Positions 10,889 to 22,889 of a DNA stretch of 64,000 nucleotides are shown here, piece after piece. Numbering within the stretch: the stretch's first letter is position 1; every line of letters begins with the position of its first letter. The position numbers and the translations under genes are program-made. The notes under the pieces are model-generated. The model made no database searches, was not told the DNA's origin, and saw nothing but the letters and a program-made list of their open reading frames with translations. This stretch comes from Squalus acanthias (Eukaryota): assembly GCA_030390025.1 (NCBI GenBank), contig CM059432.1, forward strand, positions 122,080,001 through 122,144,000. Reading direction: 5' to 3'.

Positions 10889-12237
10889 GGCCCCGATATT
10901 AACGGGAAGACGCGGATGTAAGTGGGGGGGTCTGATATCGCGTGAGAAACTGGGAGGTATGTTCAGCATATCTGTCAGTGGCTTTTTACTCAGCCACCTC
11001 ATAATAATTTTACCTGTGGGTTTTCCATTTAATCCGTGGCAGCGGGTATGGTGCTGATCTGCATGACCTCCAGTATTTAAAGGAGGGGAGGGTCGGAGAG
11101 ATCGGGGGTCTAGGGGGGGACATCGACGGGGGGTGGTCGGGACAGGAGGGGACATTGAAAAAGAAAGAAAGACTTGCATTTATATAGCGCCTTTCATGAC
11201 CACCGGACATCTCAAAGCGCTTTACAGCCAATTAAGTACTTTTTTGAAGTGGAGTCACTGTTGTAATGTGGGAAACACGGCAGCCAATTTGCACACAGCA
11301 AGCTCCCACAAACAGCAATGTGATAATGACTAAATAATCTGTTTTTGTTATGTTGATTGAGGGATAAATATGGGCCAGGACACCGGGGATAACTCCCCTA
11401 CTCTTCTTCAAAATAGTGCCACGGGATCTTTTATGCCCACCTGAGAGAGCAGATGGGGCCTCGGTTTAAAGTCTCATCCGAAAGAAGGCACCTCCGACAG
11501 TGCAGCAATCCCTCAGCACTGCACTGGAGTGTCAGCCTAGATTTATGTGCTTAAGTCCCTGGAGTGGAACTTGAACCCACAACCTTCTGACTCAGACATG
11601 AGTGTGCTACCAACTGAGCCACAGCTGACACTGTGATGGGGGGGCCAGGGAGATCAGGAGGTCTTTGATGGGGGCGGCAGGGAGATTGGGGGAGCAGGGG
11701 AGTCGATCGCAGGGTCTGGACAGTTTGGGGGAGGAAGGGAGAAGATCACATGGGGGCCCATGGAGGACTTGAGGTGGGGGAGCGGAAAGAGATTGCAGGC
11801 CATGGAGGACATTGGGAGAGCTTCGGATCACAGGGTGCGGGGGAGGTCCGATCACTGGGGAAATTAACAGGCTTGCTTGGCGGGCTGGGGGGAGGGGAGC
11901 ACTCCTGCTCCTGCTGGCCCACAAGCAGTGCTGGAAAAACATTTACCTCTTCCATGCAGCAGCCATCACTTCCCTTTACCTGCCGGGTTTCCCGAGGCCT
12001 GGAAAACCCTGTCGGCCAGGGTTAACCCTGGAACAGAGAAAAAATCTGAGGCATGCAACCTCATTAAAGTATTTAAATGAGTGACCCGCCTCCTGGGAGC
12101 GGGTTGGTCGCCCACCTGCAGTCCCGTCTCCGTTAAAACCGTAAATGGTCGGGTTCGTTGCAGGTTGTGTTTGGTTTGAGATTTTTTACATTTTTCTTCC
12201 CACCCGACCTGAGGTTTTTGGGGGTTAAAATTCCCCC
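10889..12237. mobile_element. Harbinger-like MITE (G-rich family), interrupted by a SINE
   Basis: Ends GGCCCCGATATTAAC / GTTAAAATTCCCCC; internal similarity to 41172-41653 (GAGCACTCCTGCTCCT..GGCC.ACAAGCAGTGCTG). Confidence 0.7.
11159..11631 (-). mobile_element. Full-length tRNA-derived SINE (SacSINE1/DeuSINE-like)
   Basis: Minus strand has Pol III A box TGGCTCAGTTGG and B box GGTTCAAGTTCC; 3' end GGCGCTATATAAATGCAAGT(CTTT)n. Confidence 0.85.
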
Positions 12238-12851
12238 TGTTAAAGCATCATATAAATGGAAGCCTTTCTTGTTTATTTTTCTTTGAGTCACTTTGGAAAT
12301 ATAGGGGTCCATCTTGACCCTATCCACCCCATGAAAACCCGGCAAGTGGGCAGTTAAAATGCCCCAAGTGAGTTACCCACCAATTTCTTGCCAACTTCAC
12401 CTTGATCCTAATTTTAACCTCGGCGTCTCCAATGAGATAAAAAAAAATCCCTTTTTAAAAGTGTTAATGAGTTTTTAGTTAATGTGGGTGTACTTTGAAA
12501 AAAGACTGCCCCATGACTGTCTTCCCCTTCAACTGTGTGCTATTTAGGTCAACTTGAAGTCAATCTCTTTTCCTGGTATTTGCTCACAGATACATTTTGT
12601 TTTCTGGGCACCAATGCTAATTTATTATAGAGCTCTGTGTTTTCAGTATTATGCAATGTCTGATGCATTTTTATTTTATTTTGCATTGTTTGTCTCAGAA
12701 AAAAATATCCTTTTGATTCAAAATTTCTATGATATATAATTGAAAAGGTTACTTGAAATATTATAATTTGAGATTTTTTAAAAAGCTGCATAAAGCTGGA
12801 AATCTGAACAAATAAAGGAAAATGTTGGAAAAGCACATCAGGTCACCTCAA

Positions 12852-13583
12852 GCGGCTAGAAATTCGATGCATTAGCGCCTCCCGTTACCGCCTCGGGGGG
12901 GCGATAACGGGGCGCTAAGGACTTACCGCCTGGGCGCGGCGATGTTACCGCCACCCGCAAAATTCACCTGGCAGTTTGAGGAGGCAGTAACCCCTAGCGT
13001 CACGATCTCCTGCACCCGAAGATCGTGACGTTATCCGGCCGCGCATCACCTCGGTAGCGCCCCGGACCTGAAATTCATTTCTGCCCCCTGCAGCATCGCC
13101 GGGCAATGATACCGACAGCTGGAGGAGCCGTTGATCGGGAGGCCGGGTGCTTCGGGGGTGAGACTTAAAGGCGAGGTGGCCGAAGTAGGTGAAAAAAAAA
13201 AATCTGAAATGCCCTTTGCGTTTTTTTTTTCATCGCCAGCCATCAATCAGCCCGGCACTCTGCTGCAGTGCATCGGGCTGATCGGGCCGGATCACGACTG
13301 CCGTTGGGGACCAGGTAAGTTTTTTCCTTGCAAAGCCTACAGCGATGGCCTTTCCCTTTAAGGCAGGGAAGGAGCCTTCCAATGCGGCAGCACTGCATGG
13401 CTCATTGTGCAGCACCTACCGCCCCGCCTGCTGCCTGTTGCGCCCCAGGAATGAAGTGGAGTGCTTGATTTAGCGCACCACTTCCTTCCTGGAGCGCAAA
13501 ACCAAATTTTTTAAAGTTGAGAAACATTAGCGCCTGGCTCTAATTTTCTCAACTTCTAAAAGTTAGCACCCCAAACGGGGCTA
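12852..13583. mobile_element. Harbinger-derived MITE (same family as 19126-19885), right tip missing
   Basis: Colinear similarity with 19126-19885 and with the subterminal regions of H5. Confidence 0.75.
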
Positions 13584-13887
13584 GATAAAGAAAGGTCAGC
13601 ATTTTGAACACATACCCTTCAATATAACAGGCCTAGCCTGATGAAGAGTTACAACTAACACATGAACCTTACTGTTTATTTCCATCATTTTGTTTTCATT
13701 CTCACTTGATTTAACACACTACAGATTTTTGCTATCTAATTAGTACCAGTGATGACACCTAAGTCATGAATAAATTTAGAAGCTGAAGTCCAAAAGATGA
13801 AGGACTGTCACATGTCCCAGAAACTAAAGTACTGCGCAACGAGGAAATAAATCATCATTCATGGCCCAACTAATTTCTTTTATTATT

Positions 13888-16800
13888 GAAACAGAAAATG
13901 CTGGCAATACTCAGCAGGTCAGGCAGCATCTGTGGAGTGAGAAATGGAGTTAACATTTCAGGTCGATGACCTTTCGTCAGAACTGGAAAAAGTTTGAGAT
14001 GTAACAGGTTTTAAGCAGGTGCAGAGGCAGGGAAAGTGGGGAGGGGAGGAAAGAACAAAAGGGAAGGTCTGTGATAGGGTGAAAAACAGGAGAGATTAAG
14101 AGACAAAAGGTATGATAGTACAAAGCAAAAGGGGATGGTAATGGGACAAGTAAAGAAACAAAAGATGTCCCTAGAAGAGGAGTAAATGGGGATGGCAGAA
14201 ACATCAACAGCTGCCATGTGAAAAAATAGGGGCAGAGGTTATGGTCTGAAATTGTTGAACTGGATGTTGAGTCCAGAAGGCTGTAAAGTGTCTAATCGAA
14301 ACATGAGGTGCTGTTCCTCGAGCTTACATTGAGCTACATTGGAACAGTGTAAGAGGCTGAGGACAGAGAGGTCAGAGTGGGAGTGAAGCGAAGAATTAAA
14401 GTGACAGGAAACTGGAGCTCGGGGTCATGCTGCGGACTGAACGGAGGTGTTCAGCAAAGTGATCACCCAACCTACATTTAGTCTCCCCAATGGAGAGGAG
14501 ACCACATCGTGAGCAACGAATACAGTATACTAAATTGCAAGAAGTACAAGTAAATCGCTGTTTCACCTGGAAGGAGTGTTTGGGGCCCTGGACAATAGGA
14601 AGGGAGGAGGTAAAAGGGCAGGTGTTGCATCTCCTGCGCTTGCACGGGAAGGTGCCGTGGGAAGGGGAGAGGGTGTTGGGGGTGATTGAGGGGTGGACTA
14701 GGGTGTCTCGGAGGATACAGTCCCTTCGGAATGTTGAAAGAGGAGGGGAAGGGAAGATGAGTTTGGTGGTGGGATCATGCTGGATGTGGCAGAAATGGCA
14801 GAAGATGGTCCATTGAATGTGGAGGCTGGTGGGGTGAAAGGTGAGGACAAGGGGAACCCTATCCCCACTACCAAACATCAAACCATCGTTTCTAAGACAG
14901 TCACTGACCTCATCTCCTCTAGAGATCTTCCCTCCACGGCCGCCAAGCTTATAGTTCCCCAATCCCACACAGACTGCTTCTACCTCCTTCCCAAGATCCA
15001 TAAGCAGGACTGCCCTGGTATATCTATCGTTTCAGCCCATTCTTGCCCCATGGAACTGATTTCTTCCTATCTCGGCTCTATTTTTTCTCCTCTTGTTCAG
15101 TCTCTTCCCACCTACATCCACAACTCTTCCGACACCCTCCACCATTTTAACAGTTTCCAGTTTCCTGGCCCCAATCATCTCCTTTTCACTATGGACGTCC
15201 AATCCCTCTACACCTCCATCCCCCACCAGGGTGGCCTGAGGGCGCTCCGCTTCTTCCTTGAACAGAGGCCCAACCAGTCCCCATCCACCACCACCCTCTC
15301 CACCTGGCTGAACTTGTTCTCACATTGAACAACTTCTCCTTTGACTCCACTCACTTCCTCCAAATTAAGGTGTTGCTATGGGAATCCGCATGGGTCCCAG
15401 CTATGCCTGCCTTTTTGCGGGCTTTGTGGAACAGTCTTTGTTCCAGTCCTACTCAGGTCCCCTCCCTCACCTCTTCTTCCAGTACATTGATGACTGTATC
15501 AGTGCCATTTCCTGCTCTCGTCCTGAACTAGAAAATTTCATTCACTTTGCTTCCAATTTTCACCCTTCCCTCACCTTCACATGGTCCATCTCCAACTCTT
15601 CCCTTCCCATTCTCGACTTCTCTGTCACCATTTCTGGGGATAGGCTATCGATAAACATCCACTGTAAGCCCACTGACTCCCACAGCTACCTGGACTACAC
15701 TTCCTCCCACCCCGCTTCCTGTAAGGACTCTATTCCATTCTCCCAGTTTCTCCGTCTCCGCCGCATCTGTTTTGACGATGCCACCTTCCATACTAGTGCT
15801 TCCGCTATGTCTTCCTTTTTCCTCAACTGAGGATTCCCCTCTACTGTGGTTGACACGGCCCTCGACCGTGTCCGTTCCATTTCCCGCACTTCTGCTCTCA
15901 CCCCTTCCCCTCCCTCCCGGAACCACGATAGGGTTCCCCTTGTCCTTACCTTTCATCCCACCAGCCTCCACATTCAATGGATCACCCTCCGCCATTTCCG
16001 CCACCTCCAGCGTGATCCACCACCAAACACATCTTCCCCGCCCCTCCTCTTTCAGCATTCCAAAGGGACCGCCCCCTCCGAGACACCCTGGTCCACTCCT
16101 CAATCACCCCCAACACCCCTTCCCCTTCGCCCGGCACCTTCCCGTGCAAGCGCAGGAGATGCAACACCTGCCCTTTTACCTCCTCCCTTCCCACTGCCCA
16201 GGGCCCCAAACACTCCTTCCGGGTGAAACAGCGATTTACTTGTACTTCTTGCAATTTAGTATACTGTATTCGCTGCTCACGATGCGGTCTCCTCTACATT
16301 GGGGAGACCAAACGCAGATTGGTGACCGCTTTGCGGAACACCTCCGTTCAGTCCGTAAGCGTGACCCCGAGCTTCTGGTCGCCTGTCACTTTAATTCTCC
16401 GCTCCACTCCCACTCTGACCTTTCTGTCCTCGGCCTCTAACACTGTTCCAACGAAGCTCAACATAAGCTCATCTTTCGATTGGATACTTTACAGCCTTCT
16501 GGACTCAACATTGAATTCAACAATTTCAGACCATAACCTCTGCCCCTATTTTTCACATGGCAGCTGTTGATGATTCTGCTATTCTCATTTACACCTCTTC
16601 TAGACCCATCTTTTGTTTCTTTACTTGTCCCATTACCATCTCCTTTTGCTTTGTACTATCACTTTTGTCATTTAATCACTCCTGCCTTCCACCCTATACA
16701 GACCTTCCCTTTTGTTCTTTCCTCCCTTTCCCTGCCTCTGCACCTGCTTAAAACCTGTTACATCTCTAACTTTTTCCATCGTCATCAACCTGAAACGTTA

Positions 16801-16901
16801 ACTCTGTTTCTCTCTCCACAGATGCTGCCTGACCTGCTGAGTATTTCCAGCATTTTCTGTTACTATTTCAGATTTCCAGCATCTGCAGTATTTTGCTTTT
16901 G
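13888..16901 (+). mobile_element. Penelope-like element PLE1 (Neptune-type) with inverted 5' arm
   Basis: RT motifs MGPSYACLF and QYIDD; Cys linker CKRRRCNTC; GIY-YIG-type LVYCIRC..LYIGET; 13888-14863 is an inverted copy of the 3' part; 17-bp TSD TAATTTCTTTTATTATT at 13871-13887 and 16902-16918. Confidence 0.9.
13948..13984 (-). ncRNA. Minimal hammerhead ribozyme motif (family A) in the PLE1 inverted arm
   Basis: AGTT-CTGACGA-A-AGGTC-ATC-GACCT-GAAA-TGTT-AACT; ACGT palindrome changed to ATGT. Confidence 0.75.
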
Positions 16902-17009
16902 TAATTTCTTTTATTATTCATTTTGAAATGATAATGGACTGCTCATATGAATGAAACATATGACGGCAAGCAGAGGTAATGAAGATCAAGTTTATATTCT
17001 GATTTTTAC

Positions 17010-17121
17010 ATAGGATAAGAAAAAGGTGACCATTAACAAGGCTTAGCTCGGTTACTGCCCTGGCGTAATCACACTGCCAGGACCACAGATGTGGTAACTT
17101 ATCCCGTAGCTGCCCCATCTG
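17010..17121 (-). CDS. Candidate dynein-heavy-chain/DNHD1-like exon
   Basis: QMGQLRDKLPHLWSWQCDYARAVTELSLVNGHLFLIL in non-repeat DNA; weak splice sites; in-frame TGA a few codons upstream. Confidence 0.35.
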
Positions 17122-17294
17122 CTTTGGACGTGTGCCAACACATCAAGAGTTGACCTGGTAGTATTGGTGACGTGACTGTGACAATAAACACAGTCTCAAT
17201 TGGTTAAAAGCAGTCAACTGTCAGGCAATCAAAGACCAATTCTTCCATTGTGTGTAGCACTTACTAAATGGATGCAGGGGGAAAAAAATATTTT

Positions 17295-17450
17295 AACAAC
17301 AACAACAACTTGTATTTATATAGCGCCTTTAACATCATAAAACGTCCCCAGGCGCTTCATAGGAGCGTTGATAAACAAAGTTTGGCACCGAGCCACATAA
17401 GGAGATATTCGGGCAGATGACCCAAAGCTTGGTAGGTTTTAAGGAGCAAG
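17295..17450 (-). mobile_element. L2-like LINE 3' end fragment
   Basis: Same GGCGCTATATAAAT.CAAGT 3' end as the SINEs, but a different body and a (GTT)n tail. Confidence 0.55.
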
Positions 17451-19125
17451 GTATTTTTAAATAAAAATATGCATTCTATTGCTATTGTATATGGGTTGTA
17501 TTACAGTAATAAAGCTACTGATATTTTAGCAGTATTATTCCTGTTATATTAGCATTTACATTAGCATCACAATGTGTGAGCTGAACATTTTAAGAAATGA
17601 ACAACTGGAATTTTTCTTAATGTTCCAAGCTAAATTGCATTGCTGAAGCAGCTGACAGCCAGTTTAGATCTAAGTTTCCACAACAGCACCATCTCGTGTG
17701 CAGGCTGGTCAGTCATTTCTACGTTTATGTACATCGCACCAGTCATTGTGAGAGCTGGGGATGCAGCGCCAAAAAGTGGTCTTGCTTAGAAAAACTGACC
17801 AAGAAATTTGTTGGCGCCTAAATATCCAGCACAGTGGCCAAAATGTGTGTGCCCATCCTGTGTCGAAAATATTGGGGCGGGGATGTGCGTAGGTGTCCAG
17901 GGTCTGCTGTAAGTATTCAAATCAGTAATTCAAATATTTAAATACTGTCCCAGTGTCTGACTCGCCAGGTGATAAACTCGCTCAGCATCTCGTGATGCTA
18001 CCAGGCAGCAAGGACCCTTCAGCAGTGCTATTTAAAGGGCTCATCCACTCCATTCAAGTTAGTTGCTAGTTTGACATTTTAGGCTGCTACTCAACTTCTG
18101 GGTGTTTCTTGGCCCATTTTCTCACTTCTACAACTGATTTCTAACTTCTGAGAAGACTTTTTTCTGATGCTGGACTGCTTTTATCTGATTTCAAAACATA
18201 GGATCATAAGAAACAGGAGCAGGAGTAGGCCATTTCGGCCCTTCGAGCCTTTTCCGCCATTCAATAAGATCATGGCTGATCTTCTACCTCAACTCCACCT
18301 TCCCGTACTATCCCCATATCCCTTGATTCCCTTAATATCCAAAAATCTATCGATCTCTGTCTTAAATATACTCAATGCCTGAGCATCTTCAGCCATCTGG
18401 GGTAAAGAAGTCCAAGGTTCAAAACACTTTGAGTTAAGAAATTTCTCATTTCAGTCCTAAATGGCCAACCCCTTATTCGGAGATTGTGGCCCCCCGTTCT
18501 AGACTCCCCAGCCAGGGGCAACATCCTCTCAGCATCTACCCTGTTGCGCTCTGTAAGAATGTTATATGTTTCAATGAGATAACCTCTCATTCTTCTAAAT
18601 TCTAGGGAATATAGGCCTGGTCTCCTCAATCTTTCCTAATAGGACAATCCCAGGAATCAGTCTGGTGAACCTTCATTGCAATCTCTCTAAAGCAAGTATA
18701 TGCTTCCTTAGGTAAAGAGACCAAAACTGTGCACTGTGCTCCAGGTGTGGTCTCACCAAGGCCCTATATAATTGTAGTAAGACTTCTTTACACTTATATG
18801 ACCTGCGAGGAGTCGACAGCGGTGGAGGTGGCAGGAGAAAATAATGAGAGCGGACCCGAGAACAGCGCGGAACTGCGAGGAGTCGGCAGCAGCGGTGGCG
18901 GCAGATACAAATCCGGCAAATTCCAAAAGAACAGCAAAATCAAGGAGTGGCATCACAGGACTGCCGGTCGGTGATTGATGGGTGAGTATTAGTGTTTTAT
19001 TCTCTCTAACTTAACTAGATAGACTAATTAATATAACTATAAATGATCATGTGAATAAAGACTTTAACGAAAATAGCGAGAGAAGCGGCCGGAGATAAAG
19101 GTAGGACCAACTTTTAGGACTCTTA

Positions 19126-19885
19126 GGGGGAGAAATTGGGTACCTTTGCGCCTCCCATTATTGCCTCCGGGGGGCGATAACGGGGCAGTAATCACTTACC
19201 AACCGGACTCGGCAAGAAGATCGACTTCCACTATATTCGGTGGGAGGTTTGTGGCGGCGGTATGGTGTTGCGCCCCGATATCCTTCGCCCGGAGAGCGTG
19301 ATGTCATCATCGTGCGCATCACCCCGGTAGCGCCCCTGACCCGAACTTCGGTCCCGCCCCCTGCAGCATCGGCGGGCGAACATACCGGCAGCTGCAGGAG
19401 GCATTCATCGGGAGGCCGGGCGCTTCGGGGGCAACACTTAAAGGCGAGGTGGCCGAGGTAAGTTAAAAAAAATTGTGAAATGCTGTTTCAGGTATTTTTT
19501 TATTTTTCTTCTCCAGCGATCGATCAGCCTGGCACTCTGCTGCAGTGCATCGGGCTGATCGGGCCAGATCGCGACTGCTGTCGGGGACCGGGTAAGGTTT
19601 TTCCTTGCAAAGCCTGCAGCGATGGCCCTTCCCTTTAAGGGGGGGAAGGAGCCTTCCAATGCGGCAGCGCTGCACGGCCCAGTGTGCAGCACTGGACACC
19701 TACCGTCCCGTCTGCTGCCTGTTGCTCTCCAGGAAGGAAGTGGAGCGCTTGATTTAGCACTCCACTTCCTTCCTGGAGCACAAAACCGAATTTTTTAAAA
19801 GTTGAAAGATATTAGTGCCTGGCGCTAATTTTTTCCACATTTAAAATTTAGCACCCCAAACGGGGCTATAATGAATTTCTCCCCC
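19126..19885. mobile_element. Harbinger-derived MITE, complete
   Basis: Perfect 12-bp TIR GGGGGAGAAATT / AATTTCTCCCCC; flanks TTA / TGA. Confidence 0.85.
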
Positions 19886-20229
19886 TGAGTCTTAAAATTT
19901 ATTTCTGTACGTTAGTTAATAGTCGAATAAATAGAGGCATGGAATGCACATCCTGTGCCACGTGGGAAATCCAGGACGCTTCCCGTGCCCTGGACAACCA
20001 CATGTGCAGGAAGTGTCGTTGGCTGGAGGAGCTCGAGCTGTGCAGGCAGAAAGGGAATGGGTGACCGTCAGACAGACAAGGAGGACAAGGCAGGTAGTGA
20101 AGGAGTCTCCTGAGTGCATCTCACTCTCCATCCGAAGGTTCCTCTGGGGAGTACAGCCAGAGCCAAGTCCACAGCACCACAGGTGGCTCAGCTGTACAGG
20201 GGGGGAGGAGGAAGATCGGGAAAGCAATA

Positions 20230-20727
20230 GTGGTAGGGGATTTGATAGTTAGGAGAACAGACAGGTGTTTCTGCGGCCGCAGACATGATTCCAGGATGGT
20301 ATGTTGCCTCCCTGGTGCCTGGGTCAAAGATGTCACTGAGTGGCTACAGAACATTCTGAGTGGCGAGGGTGAACAGCCAGAGGTTGTTGTCCATATTGGT
20401 ACCAACAAGATAGGCAGAAAAAGGGATGAGGTCCTGCAGGCAGATTTTAGGGAGCTAGGACTGAGATTAAAAAGCAAGACCTCAAAGATAGTAATCTCCG
20501 GATTGCTCCCGGTGCCACATGCTAGTGAGTACAGAAATAGGAGGATAGAGCAGATGAATGTGTGGCTGGAGAGATGGTGCAGGAGGGAGGGCTTCAGATT
20601 CCTGGGACATTGGGACCAGTTTTGGGGAAGGTTGGACCTGTACAGGCCGGACGGGTTGCACCGCAACAGAGCCGAAGCCAATGTCCTCATGGCGGGGCGG
20701 CTGCTAGTGCTGTTGGGGAGGGTTTAA
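20230..20727 (+). pseudogene. CR1 ORF1 SGNH esterase domain
   Basis: VGDLIVR (GDS motif with catalytic Ser lost), CLPGA, HIGTN, DGLH motifs. Confidence 0.85.
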
Positions 20728-21323
20728 ACTAATTTGGCAGGGGGATGGGCACCAGGATGTACCATTAGAAAGGAGAAACAAAGTGCACAGAGGATGGGGA
20801 GAGACAGATAGCACTAGAGTAAGAAATAGTAAGATATTAGGTGGGGTCAGATTAAGAGAGAATACAAGAAGGTCTAATAGAGGTTTTCATGTGCATGTGT
20901 GTAAATGCATGAAGCTTTGTAAATAAGGTTGGTTAGCTGCAGGCGCAAATAGCCACATGAGAATATGATGTTGTGGCGATAACGGAGACTTGGCTCAAAA
21001 AAGGGCAGAATTGGGTTTTAAATATTACTTGGATATAAGATGTTCAGGAAAGATAGGGAAGGAAAGAAAGGAGGTGGGGTGGCAGTATTGGTTAAGGAGA
21101 ATGTTACAGTGCTGGAGAGAGAGGATGTCCTGGAGGGGTCAAGGACAGAATCTATTTGGTTAGAGTTAAGAAATAATAGAGGTGCCATGACACTACTAGA
21201 TGTATTACTACTGGGAAGGATATAGAGGAGCAAATTTGCAGGGACATTACAGAGAGGTGCAAGAACTATAGAATAGTAATAATGGGGGATTTCAGTTATC
21301 CTAATATAGACTGGGATAGTAAT

Positions 21324-21536
21324 AAATGTGAGAAGTCGCACAACACCAGGTTATAGTCCAACAGCTTTATTTGAAATCACAAGCTTTCGGAGCACTGCTC
21401 CTTCGCTGACTTCACCTGACGAAGGAGCAGCGCTCCGAAAGCTTGTGATTTCAAATAAAGCTGTTGGACTATAACCTGGTGATGTGCGACTTCTCACATT
21501 TGTCCACCCCAGTCCAACACCAGCATCTCCACATCA
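21324..21536. mobile_element. PLE-derived fold-back mini-element with hammerhead ribozyme (copy 2)
   Basis: Inverted arms spanning 21324-21501 plus tail; 12-bp TSD GGGATAGTAATA at 21313-21324 and 21537-21548; interrupts the CR1 APE domain. Confidence 0.88.
21412..21448 (+). ncRNA. Minimal hammerhead ribozyme motif (family B)
   Basis: TCAC-CTGACGA-A-GGAGC-AGC-GCTCC-GAAA-GCTT-GTGA, followed by AATAAA. Confidence 0.85.
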
Positions 21537-21812
21537 GGGATAGTAATAGTGTAAAGGGCAGAGATGGGAGAAGAATTTCTGAAGTGTGTTCAGGAGAACT
21601 TTCTTGATCAGTACGTCTCCGACCCAAGGAGGAAGGAGGCATTCCTGAATCTGGTTCTGGAGAATGAGATGGGTCAAGTGGAGCAAGTGTCAGTAGGGGA
21701 ACGTTTAGGGAACAGTGATCATAGTATCATAAGGTTTAGATTAGCTATGCAAAAGGACAGGAAGTAATCTACAGTAAAAATATTTAATTGGAGGAAGGCC
21801 AATTTCAGTGGG

Positions 21813-22889
21813 TTGAGAATGAATCTGGCCCGGGTAAATTGGAATCAAAGATTGGCAGGCAAAACTGTAATCGAACAATGGGCTGCCTTTAAAGAGGAGT
21901 TGGTTCGGGTACAGTCGAGGTACATTCCCATGAGGGGGAAAGGTAGGGCAACCAAAGCCAGAGCTCCCTGGATGACGAAAGAGATAGAGAGTAAGATGAA
22001 GCAGACAAAAGGGACGTATGACAGATGTCAGGTTGAGAATACAAGTGAGAATCAGGCTGCATATAAAAAGTTCAGAGGGGAAGTGATAAAGAAAATAAGA
22101 GGGGCAAAGAGAGGGTATGAGAATAGATTGGCAGCTAACATAAAAGGGAATTCAAAAGTCTTCTATAGGCATATAAATAATAAATGGGTAGTAAGAGGAG
22201 GGGTGGGGCCGATTAGGGACCAAAAAGGAGACCTACGCATGGAGGCAGAGGGCATGGCTGAGGTACTAAATGAGTACTTTGTATCTGTCTTCACCAAGGA
22301 AGAAGATGCTGCCAAAGTCATAGTAAAAGAGGAGGTAGTGGAGATATTGGATGAGATAAAAATTGATAAAGAGGTGGTACTAGAAAGGCTGTCTGAACTT
22401 AAAGCTGATAAGTCACCAGGACTGGATGGGATGCATCCTAGAATGCTGAGGGAGGTTAAGGAGGAAATTGCGGAGGTACTGGCCATAATTGTCCAATCCT
22501 CCTTAGATACGGGGGTGGTGCTAGAGGACTGGAGAACTGCAAATGTTAAACACTTGTTCAAAAAAGGGTGTATAGATAAACCCAGCAGCTACAGGCTAGT
22601 CAGTTTAACCTCAGTAGTGGGGAAGCTTTTGGAAACGATAATCAGGGATGAAGTTAACAGTCACTTGGACAAGTATGGGTTAATTAAGGAAAGCCAGTTA
22701 AAGGCAAATTCGTGTTTAACTAACTTGATCGAGTTTATTGATGAGGTAACAGAAAGGGTTGATGAGGGCAATGTGGTTGATGTGGTGTACATGGACTTCC
22801 AAAAATCATTTGATAAAATGCAACATAATAGGCTTAGCAGCAAAGTTGAAGCCCATGGAAGAAAAGGGACAGTGGCAGCATGGATATGA
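21813..22889 (+). pseudogene. CR1 ORF2 fragment (linker + RT N-terminus)
   Basis: 358-aa ORF with KSPGLDGMHPRML, YRLVSLTSVVGK, SCLTNLIEF; surrounding ORF2 is broken by stops and frameshifts. Confidence 0.88.

Noticed and set aside
11560..11631. tRNA gene
   Set aside because: The A and B boxes belong to a SINE head; the sequence continues into the SINE body without a tRNA 3' end or terminator
13630..13670. CTGATGA motif as another hammerhead
   Set aside because: The GAAA half and stem pairing are lost; at most an old degenerate PLE terminal-repeat relic
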